A DNA stretch of 63,201 nucleotides, filler included, from Licmophora abbreviata (GCA_900291995.1; 19 parts of 19 records of this genome joined end to end with filler, not necessarily neighbours in it); one strand, 5' to 3'; shown: positions 42,123 to 53,938, numbered from the whole stretch's first letter. The notes: generated by a model from the sequence alone, not told the origin. A program made the numbers and translations.

Positions 42123-43313
42123 ATGACCGACGCCTTGCCCTATCTGGATCTGAGCGATCCTGCCGTTTCGACCCGGGGGCCCGAAGTCGTGGCGGCGCGA
42201 GAGGCGCATTGGTGTGCGCGCACGCCTTATGGGCTGGCGGTGCTGCGCTACACCGAGGTGGGGCGCATCCTGCGCGACCGGCGGTTTCGGCAAGGCAGTC
42301 ACAACTGGCCCGCGACCGTGGGGATCGAAGGGCGGTTCGCGGAGTTCTGGCGGCAGTCGGTGATCGGGCGCGAGGGCGAGGATCACAAGCGGCTGCGCGC
42401 GCTGGCGGTGCCGGCGCTGTCGGAGGGCTATGTCAAAAGCCTGATCCCGGCGTTCGACCGCATCGCCGAGGATCTGTGCGCCACGCTGCGCGAGACGGAC
42501 AGGTGCGACTTTCAGGAGGCGTTCTGCACGCCCTTCGCCGGTCAGGCGATCACCACGCTTCTGGGCATGGAGCGCGAGGCTTGGCCGCTTGTGGCGCATA
42601 ATGCCGCCGATCTGGGGTTGGCCATGGGGATTGAGGCCAAGCGCCATGAGGCGCGGTTCAATGCGGCCTGCGAGACGCTCTTTCAACTGGCCGATCAGCT
42701 GGTGACACGGGTGCGGCGCGGCGAGGATGACGCAAGCTACGTGGCGCGGATGGTGGCGGAATTCGACGCCAATGGCGATTGCACCCATGAGGAGCTGCTG
42801 AACACCATCGTGATTTCGATCTTCGGCGGGGTCGATACGACGCGGGCGCTTCTGGGGCTGGGGCTGTCGCTGTTCATTGAGACCCCCGCGCAATGGCAGG
42901 CGCTGCGGGCGGATGAGGGGCTGATCCCGGCAGCGATCGAGGAGTTCATCCGCGCCCGGCCCACGACCACATGGGCCACTCGGGAGGCGGTGGAGGATGT
43001 CGAGGTGAACGGGCAGAAGATCAAGGCGGGCACGGTGCTGCATCTGCTGGTCCATGCCTCGGCCCGCGATCCTGCGGTCTGTGACGATCCCGGTTTCGAC
43101 ATCACCGCCAAGCGCAAGCTGCATTTCGGGTTCGGGGGCGGCGCGCATCATTGCATCGGGCATTTCGTGGCGCGCACTGATATGGCCGCGGCGCTGCGCG
43201 CATTGCGGCGGACATTCAAGACGGTGACGTATGGTTCAGAGCCGGAATGGCTTCCCGATAGTGGCAATACCGGCGCGGTGCGGCTTCCCATACGCTACAG
43301 TCTGGTTGAGTAA
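42123..43313 (+). CDS. Cytochrome P450
   Basis: I-helix GGVDTT, ExxR (EEFIR) and haem motif FGGGAHHCIG. Confidence 0.95.
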   Translation: MTDALPYLDLSDPAVSTRGPEVVAAREAHWCARTPYGLAVLRYTEVGRILRDRRFRQGSHNWPATVGIEGRFAEFWRQSVIGREGEDHKRLRALAVPALSEGYVKSLIPAFDRIAEDLCATLRETDRCDFQEAFCTPFAGQAITTLLGMEREAWPLVAHNAADLGLAMGIEAKRHEARFNAACETLFQLADQLVTRVRRGEDDASYVARMVAEFDANGDCTHEELLNTIVISIFGGVDTTRALLGLGLSLFIETPAQWQALRADEGLIPAAIEEFIRARPTTTWATREAVEDVEVNGQKIKAGTVLHLLVHASARDPAVCDDPGFDITAKRKLHFGFGGGAHHCIGHFVARTDMAAALRALRRTFKTVTYGSEPEWLPDSGNTGAVRLPIRYSLVE

Positions 43314-43389
43314 GGGCCGCCCATGCCGGGGATGTGGGCGGGTACTCGTCAGGCCCTGACGTGCCGGCCTCGTGACCGGATGTGCAGGC

Positions 43390-43776
43390 TCAGCCCTTGG
43401 CGAGATCCTTGAGGATGGGGCAATCGGGGCGGTTGTCGCCGGCGCATTCTCGGACCAGATGGGTGAGCGTGTCACGCATGGATTGAAGCTGCAGGATCTT
43501 GTCCTCGATCTGGGCAAGATGGTCCTGGGCGATGCGTTTGACATCGGCGCTGGCGCGGGTGTCGTCCTTGTAGAGGGCGAGGAGCGTGCGACATTCCTCG
43601 ATCGGGAAGCCGAGCGCACGGGCCCGCGCCAGAAAGGTCAGGCGGTGCATGTCCTTGTCGTCGAAGACACGGTAGCCATTGGCTTCGCGATGCGGGGTGA
43701 CAAGGCCGATTTCCTCGTAATAGCGGATGGTCTTGGCGGGCAGGCCGGTGCGTTTGGCGATATCCCCGATATTCAT
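43390..43776 (-). CDS. cueR: Cu(I)-responsive MerR-family regulator
   Basis: MNIGD..KTIRYYEEIGL..NGYR and C-terminal CAGDNRPDCPIL. Confidence 0.95.
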   Translation of the reverse strand: MNIGDIAKRTGLPAKTIRYYEEIGLVTPHREANGYRVFDDKDMHRLTFLARARALGFPIEECRTLLALYKDDTRASADVKRIAQDHLAQIEDKILQLQSMRDTLTHLVRECAGDNRPDCPILKDLAKG

Positions 43777-43784
43777 GGTGGACC

Positions 43785-46412
43785 TCATTGATGCAAGGGC
43801 ATGGGCTGTGCCGATGGTGCGGGCGGATGCGAGGCGTCGGGGCGGTCCATGGCGGCGCCGACGCGGCGCAGACGCAGCGCGTTCGACAGCACGAAGACCG
43901 AGCTGAGGGCCATGGCGCCCGCGGCCAGCATCGGTGACAGCATGAGACCGGCGACGGGATAGAGCGCCCCGGCAGCGACCGGAATGAGCGCGGTGTTATA
44001 GGCAAAGGCCCAGAACAGGTTCTGGCGGATGTTGCGCATGGTGGCCCGCGACAGGTGCAGCGCGTTGACCACGCCCGACAGGTCGCCAGAGATCAGCACG
44101 ATGTCAGCGGCCTCGATCGCGACATCGGTGCCGCTGCCGACGGCGATGCCGGTATCGGCGGCGGCGAGGGCCGGGGCGTCGTTGATGCCGTCGCCGACGA
44201 AAGCCACGCTGCCGAAGCGCGCGCGCAGCGTGTCGATTGCGGCGACCTTGCCGTCGGGCAGGGTTTCGGCCTCGATATGGTCGATGCCCAGTTCGGCGGC
44301 GATGGCCTGTGCGGTGGCCTGCGTGTCGCCGGTGATCATCGCCACCTTGAGGCCACTGGCATGCAGGCTGTCGATCACCGCGCGGCTGGTGGGCTTGACC
44401 GGGTCGGCCACGGCGAGAAGGGCGGCAAGCCGCCCGTCGATGGCCGCGAAGACCGGGGTTTGGCCGTCGGCGGCGATCCGCGACAGGGCGTCTTGCAAGG
44501 GCATGGTGTCGATCCCCTCGCGGCGCATCAGGCGTTCGGCGCCGATCAGAACGTCATGGCCGTCAACGTGTGCCTGCAGACCGAAGCCGGTGATTGCCTT
44601 GACCTGGCGGGCCTGCGGCAGGGTCAGGCCACGGTCGTGGGCGGCCTGTTCGATGCTGCGGGCGATGGGATGTTCGGACTGGCTTTCGATGGCGGCGATC
44701 AGGGCGAGTGTCGCGTTCTGCTGATGGCCATTGGCGGTGTCGATCCGGGTGAGGCGGGGGCGGCCCTCGGTCAGGGTGCCGGTCTTGTCGAAGGCGACGA
44801 CCTTGGCCTCGTCCAGTTTTTGCAGGGCATCGCCCTTGCGGAAAAGCACGCCCAGTTCCGCCGCGCGCCCGGTGCCCACCATGATCGAGGTGGGCGTGGC
44901 GAGACCCATGGCGCAGGGGCAGGCGATGATGAGCACCGACACACCCGCCACCAACGCGAAGGTCAGCGCGGGATCGGGGCCGAAGAACAGCCAGGCGGCG
45001 ATGGTCGTCAGAGCAACGGCGATCACCGCTGGCACGAAGATGCGCACCACGCGATCCGCGAGCGACTGGATCGGCAGCTTGGCGCCCTGAGCCTCTTCGA
45101 CCATCGAGATGATCTGTGACAGCATCGTATCGCGGCCCACCTTGGTGGCGCGGAAGATGAGCGCGCCTTCGCCGTTGATCGTGCCGCCGATCACGCTGTC
45201 GCCGGGGGCTTTGCCGACAGGGATCGGCTCGCCCGAGATCATGCTTTCGTCGACATGGCTGTGGCCCGAGGTGATCTCGCCATCGATGGCGATCTTCTCG
45301 CCGGGGCGGACATGGACGATATCACCGACGCCGAGCGTGTCGATCGCCACCTCGGTCACCTTGCCCTTGCGTTCGACGCGGGCGGTATGGGCCTGCAAGC
45401 CGATGAGTTTCTGGATCGCGGCGCCAGTGCGGCCCTTGGCGCGCGCTTCGAGCCAGCGGCCCAGAAGGATCAGGGTGACGATGACGGCGGCCGCTTCGAA
45501 ATAGACAGCGCGCGCGCCCGAGGGCAACAGGCCGGGGGCAAAGAGGGCGATGCTCGAAAAGCCCCATGCCGCCGAGGTGCCGAGCGCGACAAGGCTGTTC
45601 ATGTCCGGCCCCCCCTTGAGAAGGGCGGGCACGCCACGGGTGAAAAAGCCGTGACCGGGCCAGACCAGCACAAGCGTTGTCAGCGCGAACTGGATCATCC
45701 ACGAGGTCTGGTGGCCAATCGTTTGCTGCACAAGGGCGTGAAAGTCGGGTATCACATGGCCGCCCATTTCCAGAATGAACACTGGCAAGGTCAGGACGCC
45801 TGCGATCAAGGTCAGACGGCGGGCATGGTCAATCTCGGCGGCGCGACGGGTGGCCTGATCGTCGGAAAGGTCTGCGGCGGGGCGCGCGGGATACCCGATT
45901 TCGGTCACGGCGCGGGCAAGCTCGGAAGGATCGGTGGCGCCGAGCAGGTAGCGGACCTGCGCCTGTTCGGTGGCAAGGTTGACCGACGCCTCCAGCACGC
46001 CGGCGCGCGCGCGCAGCGCGTCTTCGACCCGGCCCACGCAGGAGGCACAGGTCATGCCGGACACGGCGAGCGTCAGCGTCGCCTCGCGGGCCGGATAGTT
46101 CGCGGCCTGCAGGGCCTTGGTGATGTCGTGCAGATCGGTGCCATGGGTCTGCATCTGGGCGGTGCCGGTCGCGAAATTGACCGAGACGTCAGNNNNNNNN
46201 NNNNNNNNNNNNNNNNNNNNNNNNNNNNNNNNNNNNTTAATTAATTAANNNNNNNNNNNNNNNNNNNNNNNNNNNNNNNNNNNNNNNNNNNNCGCGAAAT
46301 TGACCGGGACGTCAGAGACGCCCGGCACATCCTGCAGCGCGCGTTCGGCGCGACCGGCGCAGCCGGCGCAGGACAGGTTCTGAACTTCGATGCGGAGTTT
46401 GTCTTGTGCCAT
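43785..46412 (-). CDS. copA: Copper-translocating P1B-type ATPase (split by linker)
   Basis: Two HMA domains (CAGC, CASC), [24 protein letters not shown] and YN..MALSS. Confidence 0.95.
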
Positions 46413-46432
46413 GGTTTATCCCTTCGCCCCTT

Positions 46433-46463
46433 CACATAAGGCTTCCAGTGACGGGAAGGTCAA
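46433..46463 (-). promoter_or_regulatory. CueR-dependent promoter of copA
   Basis: TTGACC-19 bp-TATGTG containing the dyad CTTCC-N7-GGAAG; same layout as E. coli PcopA. Confidence 0.88.
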
Positions 46464-46492
46464 GGGCTGGCGCTTTGGGGTGGTGCGAAAGC

Positions 46493-46912
46493 TCAGTCGA
46501 CGATTTCGATCAGGGTCCTGTCCACGCCCCGAGACTTCACGAGGTCATAGAGCGTTCTTGCGTCATCCGGATGCAGGCGGACGCAGCCCGCCGAGGCGGG
46601 CGTGCCAAGCCGGTCCGTCTGGGTGGTGCCGTGAATGGCGAAGTTGCCGGAAAAGAAGATCGACCATGGCATCGGCGCATTGTCATAAAGCGTCGAGTAA
46701 TGCATCGGCACCATGGTCTGCACCGAGTAAAGCCCCGTCGGCGTGAATTTCCCGGCCCGCGCGGTGGATACGGGCCAGCTATGGGCCGGGGCATGGTCGA
46801 GCAGGACCGTCATTTCCTGATCCGACAGGTCGATGCGCACCAAAAGCTCGGCTGCATGGGCGGCACAGCCCCACAGCAAAAGCATCGAGACGGCAGCCTG
46901 CCGGAGCATCAC
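46493..46912 (-). CDS. L,D-transpeptidase family protein
   Basis: Signal peptide, WPVST, TPTG and AIHGT..LGTPASAGCVRL. Confidence 0.88.
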   Translation of the reverse strand: MMLRQAAVSMLLLWGCAAHAAELLVRIDLSDQEMTVLLDHAPAHSWPVSTARAGKFTPTGLYSVQTMVPMHYSTLYDNAPMPWSIFFSGNFAIHGTTQTDRLGTPASAGCVRLHPDDARTLYDLVKSRGVDRTLIEIVD

Positions 46913-47334
46913 ACCGTCATGTGGCGCGCGCGCGCACCGCGTTCGATGGCGGCGGCGTGCAGGCGATCCAGCTCGAGCTCATAGCGGATTTCTTCGAGCA
47001 GGCGCAGTTCCGTGTGCTGGATCGAGCCATCGGCAGCGGCCACGTCGCAGGCCAGCGCATAGGCGGTTTCATAAAGCCGTTCTGGCAGGTTGGCGCGCAC
47101 AAGACCGAACAGCGCGTCAAGCCCGTCTTCTTCGCTGAAGAGGTCGAACACGGTCTGGGCCATGATTTGAACGCGGTCCACATCGTAATCGCCGAAGATC
47201 GGCAGATTGTTGACCGCCGACTCGATCTTGACCAGTTCGACGGTGCGGATGTTTTCATCCGAGGCCGAGATCGCAATCATGACCGCCACAAGGCAGTCCT
47301 GAGGGGTCATGGGATGGGGGATCGCGTCGGACAT
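46909..47334 (-). CDS. TerB-family protein
   Basis: SASDENI..E and ETAYALACDVAAADG..E. Confidence 0.85.
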   Translation of the reverse strand: MSDAIPHPMTPQDCLVAVMIAISASDENIRTVELVKIESAVNNLPIFGDYDVDRVQIMAQTVFDLFSEEDGLDALFGLVRANLPERLYETAYALACDVAAADGSIQHTELRLLEEIRYELELDRLHAAAIERGARARHMTV

Positions 47335-47454
47335 TTGGGTGGCCTTTCAAAGGGGCGTGTTGCAGCGCAGAATATTGACTGTCCCGCCCCTCGGCAATAG
47401 GAAGCGGGCGACCCATGGTCGCGTTCCGCACCGGGGCTAGCAGAGGAAATTATC

Positions 47455-49028
47455 ATGTCCGAGATGCGCGACGCCGCGATGAATTCGAAAGCCTGGCCTT
47501 TTGAAGAAGCCCGCCGCGTTCTCAAACGGTATGAAAAGGCGCCGCCGGAAAAGGGATATGTGCTGTTCCAGACCGGCTATGGCCCGTCGGGCCTGCCGCA
47601 TATTGGGACATTCGGAGAGGTGGCGCGCACCACGATGGTGCGCCGCGCCTTCGAGATGCTGAGCGACATTCCCACCAAGCTGCTTTGTTTCTCGGACGAT
47701 ATGGACGGGCTGCGCAAGGTGCCGGGCAATGTTCCCAATCAGGAGCAGATGCGCGAAGACCTGAACCTGCCGTTGACCAAGGTGCGCGATCCGTTCGGCA
47801 CCCATGAGGGTTTCGCGCAGCACAATAACGCGCGTCTTTGCGCGTTTCTGGACAGTTTCGGGTTCGAATATGACTTCGCCTCGGCCACCGAGTATTACAC
47901 TTCGGGCAAGTTCGACGAGATGCTGTTGGTGGCGCTGGAGCGGTTCGACAAGATCATGGAGATCATGCTTCCGACGCTTGGCGCAGAGCGTCAGCAGACC
48001 TATTCGCCCTTCCTGCCGGTCAGCCCCAAGACCGGGCATGTGCTGCAGGTGCCGACGCTGGAGCGCAATGTCGCGAAAGGCACCATCGTCTATGAAGAGC
48101 CCGATGGCGAGCGCATCGAGGTTCCAGTGACGGGTGGCCATGTCAAGATGCAGTGGAAGCCCGATTGGGCGCTGCGATGGGCCGCGCTTGGCGTGGATTA
48201 CGAGATGTCGGGCAAGGATCTGATCGACAGCGTGCGGCAATCCACGCGGATCTGTCAGGCGCTTGGCAAACTCCCGCCCGAGTCGCTGTCGTATGAATTG
48301 TTCAACGACGAGCTTGGGCAGAAGATCTCGAAGTCGAAGGGCAATGGCCTGAGTATGGAGGAATGGCTGCGCTATGCCGCGCCGGAAAGCCTGTCGTATT
48401 TCATGTATCTCAAGCCGAAGACCGCAAAGCGGCTGTATTTTGACGTGATCCCCAAGGCGGTGGACGAGTATCACCAGCAATTGCGCGCCTATCCCGATCA
48501 GGATGTGACGCAGCAATTGAACAACCCGGTGTTCCATGTGCATGGCGGCGATGTGCCCGAAAGCCGGATGGTGGTGCCGTTCTCGATGCTGCTCAATCTT
48601 GCGTCCGTCGCCGGGGCCGAGGACAAGGACACGCTGTGGGGCTTCATCCGCCGTTATGCGCCTGACGCCACCCCCGAGACCCATGCCGATCTTGATGGCG
48701 CCGCCGAATTCGCGGTCCGCTATTACAATGACTTCGTGAAGCCCGAAAAGACCTATCGCGCGCCCACCGATCTGGAGCGCGAGGCGCTGGAGGCGTTGCG
48801 CGACGGGCTGAAGGCATGGGATGGACCGGTCGATGCGGAAGAGTTGCAGGGCCTTGTCTTTGCCTGCGGGCGCGAGCGGTTCGATCCGATGCGTGACGGT
48901 TCAAGGCGCTCTACGAGGTGCTTTTGGGTGCCAGCCAGGGGCCGCGCTTCGGCGGGTTCATCGCACTTTACGGTGTCGATGAGACGATCGCGCTGATCGA
49001 CGAGGCGCTGGCGGGCAAGCTGGCGTGA
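47455..49028 (+). CDS. lysS: Class I lysyl-tRNA synthetase (1-nt frameshift near 48898)
   Basis: [10 protein letters not shown] and KISKSKGN. Restoring one T gives [26 protein letters not shown]. Confidence 0.95.
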
Positions 49029-49088
49029 TCTGCGCAGTTGCGGCTGCGGAGGGCGCTTGCTAGGCTAACTTCATAGGGGGGCACAAGC

Positions 49089-49481
49089 ATGACACGTATC
49101 GCGCTGATTTCACTTGGTCTCATGGGGCTTGTCGTGGCCTGTGCCGAAGTCTCCATGCCAGAACCGCCCGAGGGGCGCGCGATCTATGACGCCAATTGCG
49201 CGCAGTGCCACGGGGCTTCTGGCGAGGGGGACGGTCCGTGGACCGAGGGGCTGTCGCCCGCTCCGGCGGATCTCACGGCGCTGAGCGAGGATGGCGCCTT
49301 TCCGCGTGCCCGTGTCCTGAGCGTGATCGACGGCTATGACCGCACTGGCCTGCCGGGACAGGAGATGCCCGAGTTCGGTCTGCTTCTGGAGGGGGAGACC
49401 GTGCCCGTCGATGTGGGGGATGGCGTGCTGACGCCAACGCCACGACCGCTGGCGGCGTTGCTCTATTATCTCGAAAGCATT
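49089..49481 (+). CDS. Monohaem cytochrome c lipoprotein (3' end in gap)
   Basis: Lipobox VVAC, CAQCH, PADLT and a distal Met in EMPEFG. Confidence 0.88.
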
Positions 49482-49597
49482 NNNNNNNNNNNNNNNNNNN
49501 NNNNNNNNNNNNNNNNNNNNNNNNNTTAATTAATTAANNNNNNNNNNNNNNNNNNNNNNNNNNNNNNNNNNNNNNNNNNNNAGGACTGACGCGCGGC

Positions 49598-50275
49598 TCA
49601 GATCCGGCAAATCCCTTTCACCTCGGCATCCTTCCACGGGAGCAGCACGGTACCAGGCTTTGGCATGTCTCCTGTCGGGAACGTGCCTTCCAGCATCTCG
49701 CGCAGGCGGGCGGTGCGCGGTGCGTCCGGGTCGAGCGTGGCGCAGCAGACATATTCCTCGACGATGGAGGCTTGCTGCTCGAACCCGTAGTCCAGGAAAT
49801 CGCGATTGGTCGAGATGTCAAAGAGGTAAGGGTCATCGCTGACGCGGTGTTCGCCCGCGGCACGCAGTGGGGAATAGCCGGTCAGGCGACGGTTCTGCCA
49901 TTGCCAGACATGGGTCATCTCATGTGCGAAGATCATGGCATGCACCAGTGACATGAACTCGGGATAGCGCGGGATGAAATCCGGCTCGTACCAATCGCGC
50001 GCATAGAACACCTTGTTGTGAACGACCACGGCTGCCGGGGCGACGGTGACTGTCGGGGTTGTCGGCTCGGGCAGGATACGTTCCCGGCAGGTGAGGCGCG
50101 GGCGCGTGGCGCGCGGATAGGTGACCTTGCCGATCAGCGCGCCATCCACCAGCCGAATGCGCGAGGTGTCGATGCTGTCGCCGTGGATCTGCGTGGCGAA
50201 AGCGGATTCGGTCGGCGTCAGGGGACGACCGCAGGACAATAAAAACAAGGGTACCAGAAGCCATAACCAGCGCAT
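49598..50275 (-). CDS. Lipoprotein with HExxH putative Zn-metallopeptidase motif
   Basis: Lipobox LLSC, AHEMTHVWQ and EQQA. Confidence 0.75.
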   Translation of the reverse strand: MRWLWLLVPLFLLSCGRPLTPTESAFATQIHGDSIDTSRIRLVDGALIGKVTYPRATRPRLTCRERILPEPTTPTVTVAPAAVVVHNKVFYARDWYEPDFIPRYPEFMSLVHAMIFAHEMTHVWQWQNRRLTGYSPLRAAGEHRVSDDPYLFDISTNRDFLDYGFEQQASIVEEYVCCATLDPDAPRTARLREMLEGTFPTGDMPKPGTVLLPWKDAEVKGICRI

Positions 50276-50323
50276 GGGGCGGATCCTATCACTGGCTGGA
50301 TCGCCGCACGAGAGGGCAGTGCC

Positions 50324-51084
50324 TCAGCTGGCGCGCAGGACGACGCGGAAGGAGCGGGGATCCTCGAACAGCTCGGTCATGGTGCCGGCGTCCAGCACGC
50401 GGGCCAGGGGTTCGGGCGGCGGCGCAGATAGCGTTTTCGCAGATCAAGGCAGACGACACCTCCGTCGGTGATCGTCTGGACCATCAGATCGGCATAGTCA
50501 TCGACCGGGTAATGAAAGCCGCAGGAATAGAAGCTGATGAGCATGTCCGCCTTGAGACCCTCCATCGCGGCGGGGTCCTTGAGGGGGTTGATCGCGGTGA
50601 CCTTGGACTTGGCGGCGCCGTTGTCATGCAGCAGCGCCTTGGCGCAGTCGAGGCTGGCATAGCCGCTGCCCTGACCGGCCCAGTTGTGATAGAGGTCGTC
50701 GGTCTGTTCGATGTCCACCAGGGTGAAGCGCGGCTTGTAATCGCGCTGGAAGAACAGGTCTGGGATGGCCTGTCCACAGCCGATGTCGATGATGGATTTA
50801 GGTCTTAAACCAATGTCTTTCAGATGCGCCTTGACGGGCTGGTATTCGCAGGCGGCCTCGCGCAGGGCGCCGGTGAGAATGGCGTCGCGGCGCTCGCTCA
50901 CCTCTTGCAGAAGGGGGGCCGGATCGCCGACCATATAGGTCTTGCGGGAACGGGGGCTGATTGTCTTGGTGCGCTGGAAGCCGATCAGGGCAACGGCATT
51001 GTCCGACAGGCTGCGGGTCTTGAAGCCGAGCGCGGTGATGTCGGCGTCGGTCAGGTACTCGTCAATTGCAATTCGATCCAACAT
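50324..51084 (-). CDS. Class I SAM-dependent methyltransferase (probable 1-nt frameshift near 50420)
   Basis: IIDIGCGQA and LVDIE. The corrected C-terminus reads PEPLARVLDAGTMTELFEDPRSFRVVLRAS*. Confidence 0.7.
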
Positions 51085-51310
51085 GGTCGACCTATATCTG
51101 GTNNNNNNNNNNNNNNNNNNNNNNNNNNNNNNNNNNNNNNNNNNNNTTAATTAATTAANNNNNNNNNNNNNNNNNNNNNNNNNNNNNNNNNNNNNNNNNN
51201 NNGGTGGCGGTGTCAGGTGGTCGTTTGCGCGGGGCTCTGCGCGCCTTAATTCCGCATTGAACTACATTTGCCCAAATGGCGCCTCTGGACGAGCGCAACG
51301 ACACTTAAAA

Positions 51311-52204
51311 TTAGAGTTGGGATTTGAGAAATTTTTTCTTGGTATTGGTCAGATAAGTTGCCTGTTCAGCCTCACTTACTTCTTCAGCCAAACGAATCAT
51401 CGCATCGCAAAACAAAGTTGTTAAAAGCTTCATCAAATCAAGGAATACCTCGCTAAACTGGTTATTATGTTTTGTGGCTAGTACCTTAACAGTGTTCGCA
51501 ATATGTACTGAAAAAGCATCTGCGTGCGAGAAGCTGGAAGACAAGCTGTGCCAATCCTTGATCCATACCTTAACGCTTTCTTCGTCGCTCTCTATGCAAT
51601 CAATTTTATTAAGGCACTTTTGAAACAAGAGTTCCCCCTTGGCTCTGTCATCAAAATTCTTTGATGGCAGAGCTTTCATCCTTTCAAAGTGGCCAGTCAA
51701 ATTTAATTGGATAGGGTCACCGCTTTCTTCCATTGGGTTTGAGGAAAGTTTGCCAATTACTCTTGGAAGATTGTCTGTGTCTTTAAGTTGACCGAGCCAA
51801 GTGCGCCGACGTGCGAGGTTATCTCTGGCACTGTTTTCGTAAATGTATAGTGATTTTTTCCTTTCAGCATCTGATGAACAGATAATCGCGCTGGCCCTCA
51901 CAAGGCCTTCGATACTTGATCTCGCAGCTGCTAGCCCGCCGGAAAGGTCACCAATAGCTATGGCCTTAGTGATTGTCGGGAACGAGTTAATTGAGTTCAC
52001 TAATAGGGAACATGCAAATCCAAGTTCGCGCGTTATCTTTTTTGCACGACATGTTTTGAAAATCTCTCGAGAGAAGATAAAATTTAAAGCATCCAATTCC
52101 TTTGCAGTTTTTCGGTCAGCTTCCGAAGAAACCATTTTCGCGACGTGGGGATCACGAAAATCGATAAACAGCGATACACAATCCTCGGTCGTGAGGTGGA
52201 TCAT
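51311..52204 (-). CDS. AT-rich hypothetical protein, possibly DUF5677/HEPN-like
   Basis: About 297-aa uninterrupted ORF in low-GC DNA, with ARSSIE and HSLSSSFSH motifs. Confidence 0.7.
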   Translation of the reverse strand: MIHLTTEDCVSLFIDFRDPHVAKMVSSEADRKTAKELDALNFIFSREIFKTCRAKKITRELGFACSLLVNSINSFPTITKAIAIGDLSGGLAAARSSIEGLVRASAIICSSDAERKKSLYIYENSARDNLARRRTWLGQLKDTDNLPRVIGKLSSNPMEESGDPIQLNLTGHFERMKALPSKNFDDRAKGELLFQKCLNKIDCIESDEESVKVWIKDWHSLSSSFSHADAFSVHIANTVKVLATKHNNQFSEVFLDLMKLLTTLFCDAMIRLAEEVSEAEQATYLTNTKKKFLKSQL

Positions 52205-52223
52205 TATAGGAACGCGCTTGCGA

Positions 52224-53865
52224 TCACACATCCAACTCTTCCACGAACCGGGCGTTTTCCGAGATATACTGGAACCGCAGTTCCGGCTTCTTGCCCATCA
52301 GCCGTTCCACCAGATCGCCGGTTTCGCCNNNNNNNNNNNNNNNNNNNNNNNNNNNNNNNNNNNNNNNNNNNNTTAATTAATTAANNNNNNNNNNNNNNNN
52401 NNNNNNNNNNNNNNNNNNNNNNNNNNNNATTGGAGCCGAGTTTCGAACTGGCCGCCCCCAGCACGTTGAGGATCTTGCCGCGCAGCGGCAAGAGCGCTTG
52501 GGTCTTGCGGTCGCGGCCCATCTTGGCCGAGCCGCCGGCGCTGTCGCCCTCGACGATGAACAGCTCGGTGCCGTCGCGCACATTCGATGAGCAATCCACC
52601 AGCTTGCCGGGCAGCCGCAGTTTCTTGGTGGCGGTCTTGCGCTGCGTTTCCTTTTCCTGACGGCGGCGCAGCCGTTCTTCGGCGCGCAGCACCAGAAAAT
52701 CGAGGATTGCGCCTGCGGATTTCGTATCGGCGGCAAGCCAGTTGTCGAAATGGTCGCGCACGGCGTTTTCCACCAGCCGCTGTGCTTCGGTGCTGGCCAG
52801 GCGGTCCTTGGTCTGGCCGACGAATTCAGGCTCGCGGATGAAGCACGAGACCAGTGCGCAGCCGCCCGCCATCAGATCCTCGCGGGTGATGTTGGTGGCC
52901 TTGCGGTTGTTCACCAGCTCGCCATAGCCCTTGATGCCCTTGAGGATCGCGGCCCAGAACCCGGCGACATGGGTGCCGCCTTCGGGGGTGGGAACGGTGT
53001 TGCAGTAGCTTTGCAGCGAGCCGTCGCGCGAGGGTGTCCAGTTGATCGCCCATTCCACCTTGCCGGGCATGCCGAAGCGTTCCTGAAAATCGACGGTGCC
53101 GGCAAAGGGCTGATCGGCATAGGTGGAGGCGCCGTTCATGGTTTCGCGCAGGTAATCCGACAGGCCGCCGGGGAAATGGAACGTGGCCTCGGTGGGGGTG
53201 TCGCCATCGGGGATCGCGGATTTCCATCGGATCTCGACGCCCGAGAAGAGATAGGCCTTGGAGCGGATCGAATTGAACAGCCGCGCGGGCTTGAACCGGT
53301 GCGAGCCGAAGATCTGTTCATCGGCGTGAAAGGTGATGGTGGTGCCGCGCCGGTTGGGGGCCTGTCCGATCTTCTGGATCGGGCCAAGTGGCGTGCCGCG
53401 CGAAAAGCGCTGTTCGTAAAGCTCTTTGTTGCGGGCCACCTGCACCACCATGGAATCCGACAGCGCGTTGACCACCGAGGCGCCCACGCCATGCAGGCCA
53501 CCGGAGGTCTGGTAGGCCTTGCCGCCGAACTTGCCGCCTGCATGCAGCGTGCAGAGGATCACCTCGAGCGCGGATTTGTCGGGGAATTTGGGGTGCGGGT
53601 CGATCGGGATGCCGCGGCCATTGTCGCGCACGGTCAGGGAATAATCCTCGTGAAGTTCCACCTCGATCCGGTTGGCGTGGCCTGCGACGGCCTCGTCCAT
53701 GGAGTTGTCGAGGATTTCGGCCACGAGGTGATGCAGCGCGCGCTCATCCGTGCCGCCGATATACATGCCGGGGCGTTTGCGGACGGGTTCCAGCCCTTCG
53801 AGCACCTCGATCGAGGAGGCGTCGTAGTCGGAACTGTCTGTGGCGGAGAGAAGATCGTCGGCCAT
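52224..53865 (-). CDS. parE: DNA topoisomerase IV subunit B (split by linker)
   Basis: [31 protein letters not shown] and [18 protein letters not shown]-terminal fragment [17 protein letters not shown]. Confidence 0.93.
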
Positions 53866-53938
53866 GGGGTGCTGCTCATTTTTGTGGTTGGCGCACAGTA
53901 TGCCAGAGGCGTCGGGGCGGGGGAAGGGCTTGTGGCGG

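Noticed and set aside
46170..46315. 23-nt near-identical repeat within copA
   Set aside because: It is a contig-end overlap with one mismatch, not a duplication.
48890..48905. Frameshift in lysS (pseudogene or programmed frameshift?)
   Set aside because: The gene is normally essential, one missing T restores the conserved C-terminus and there is no slippery site. A sequencing error is most likely.
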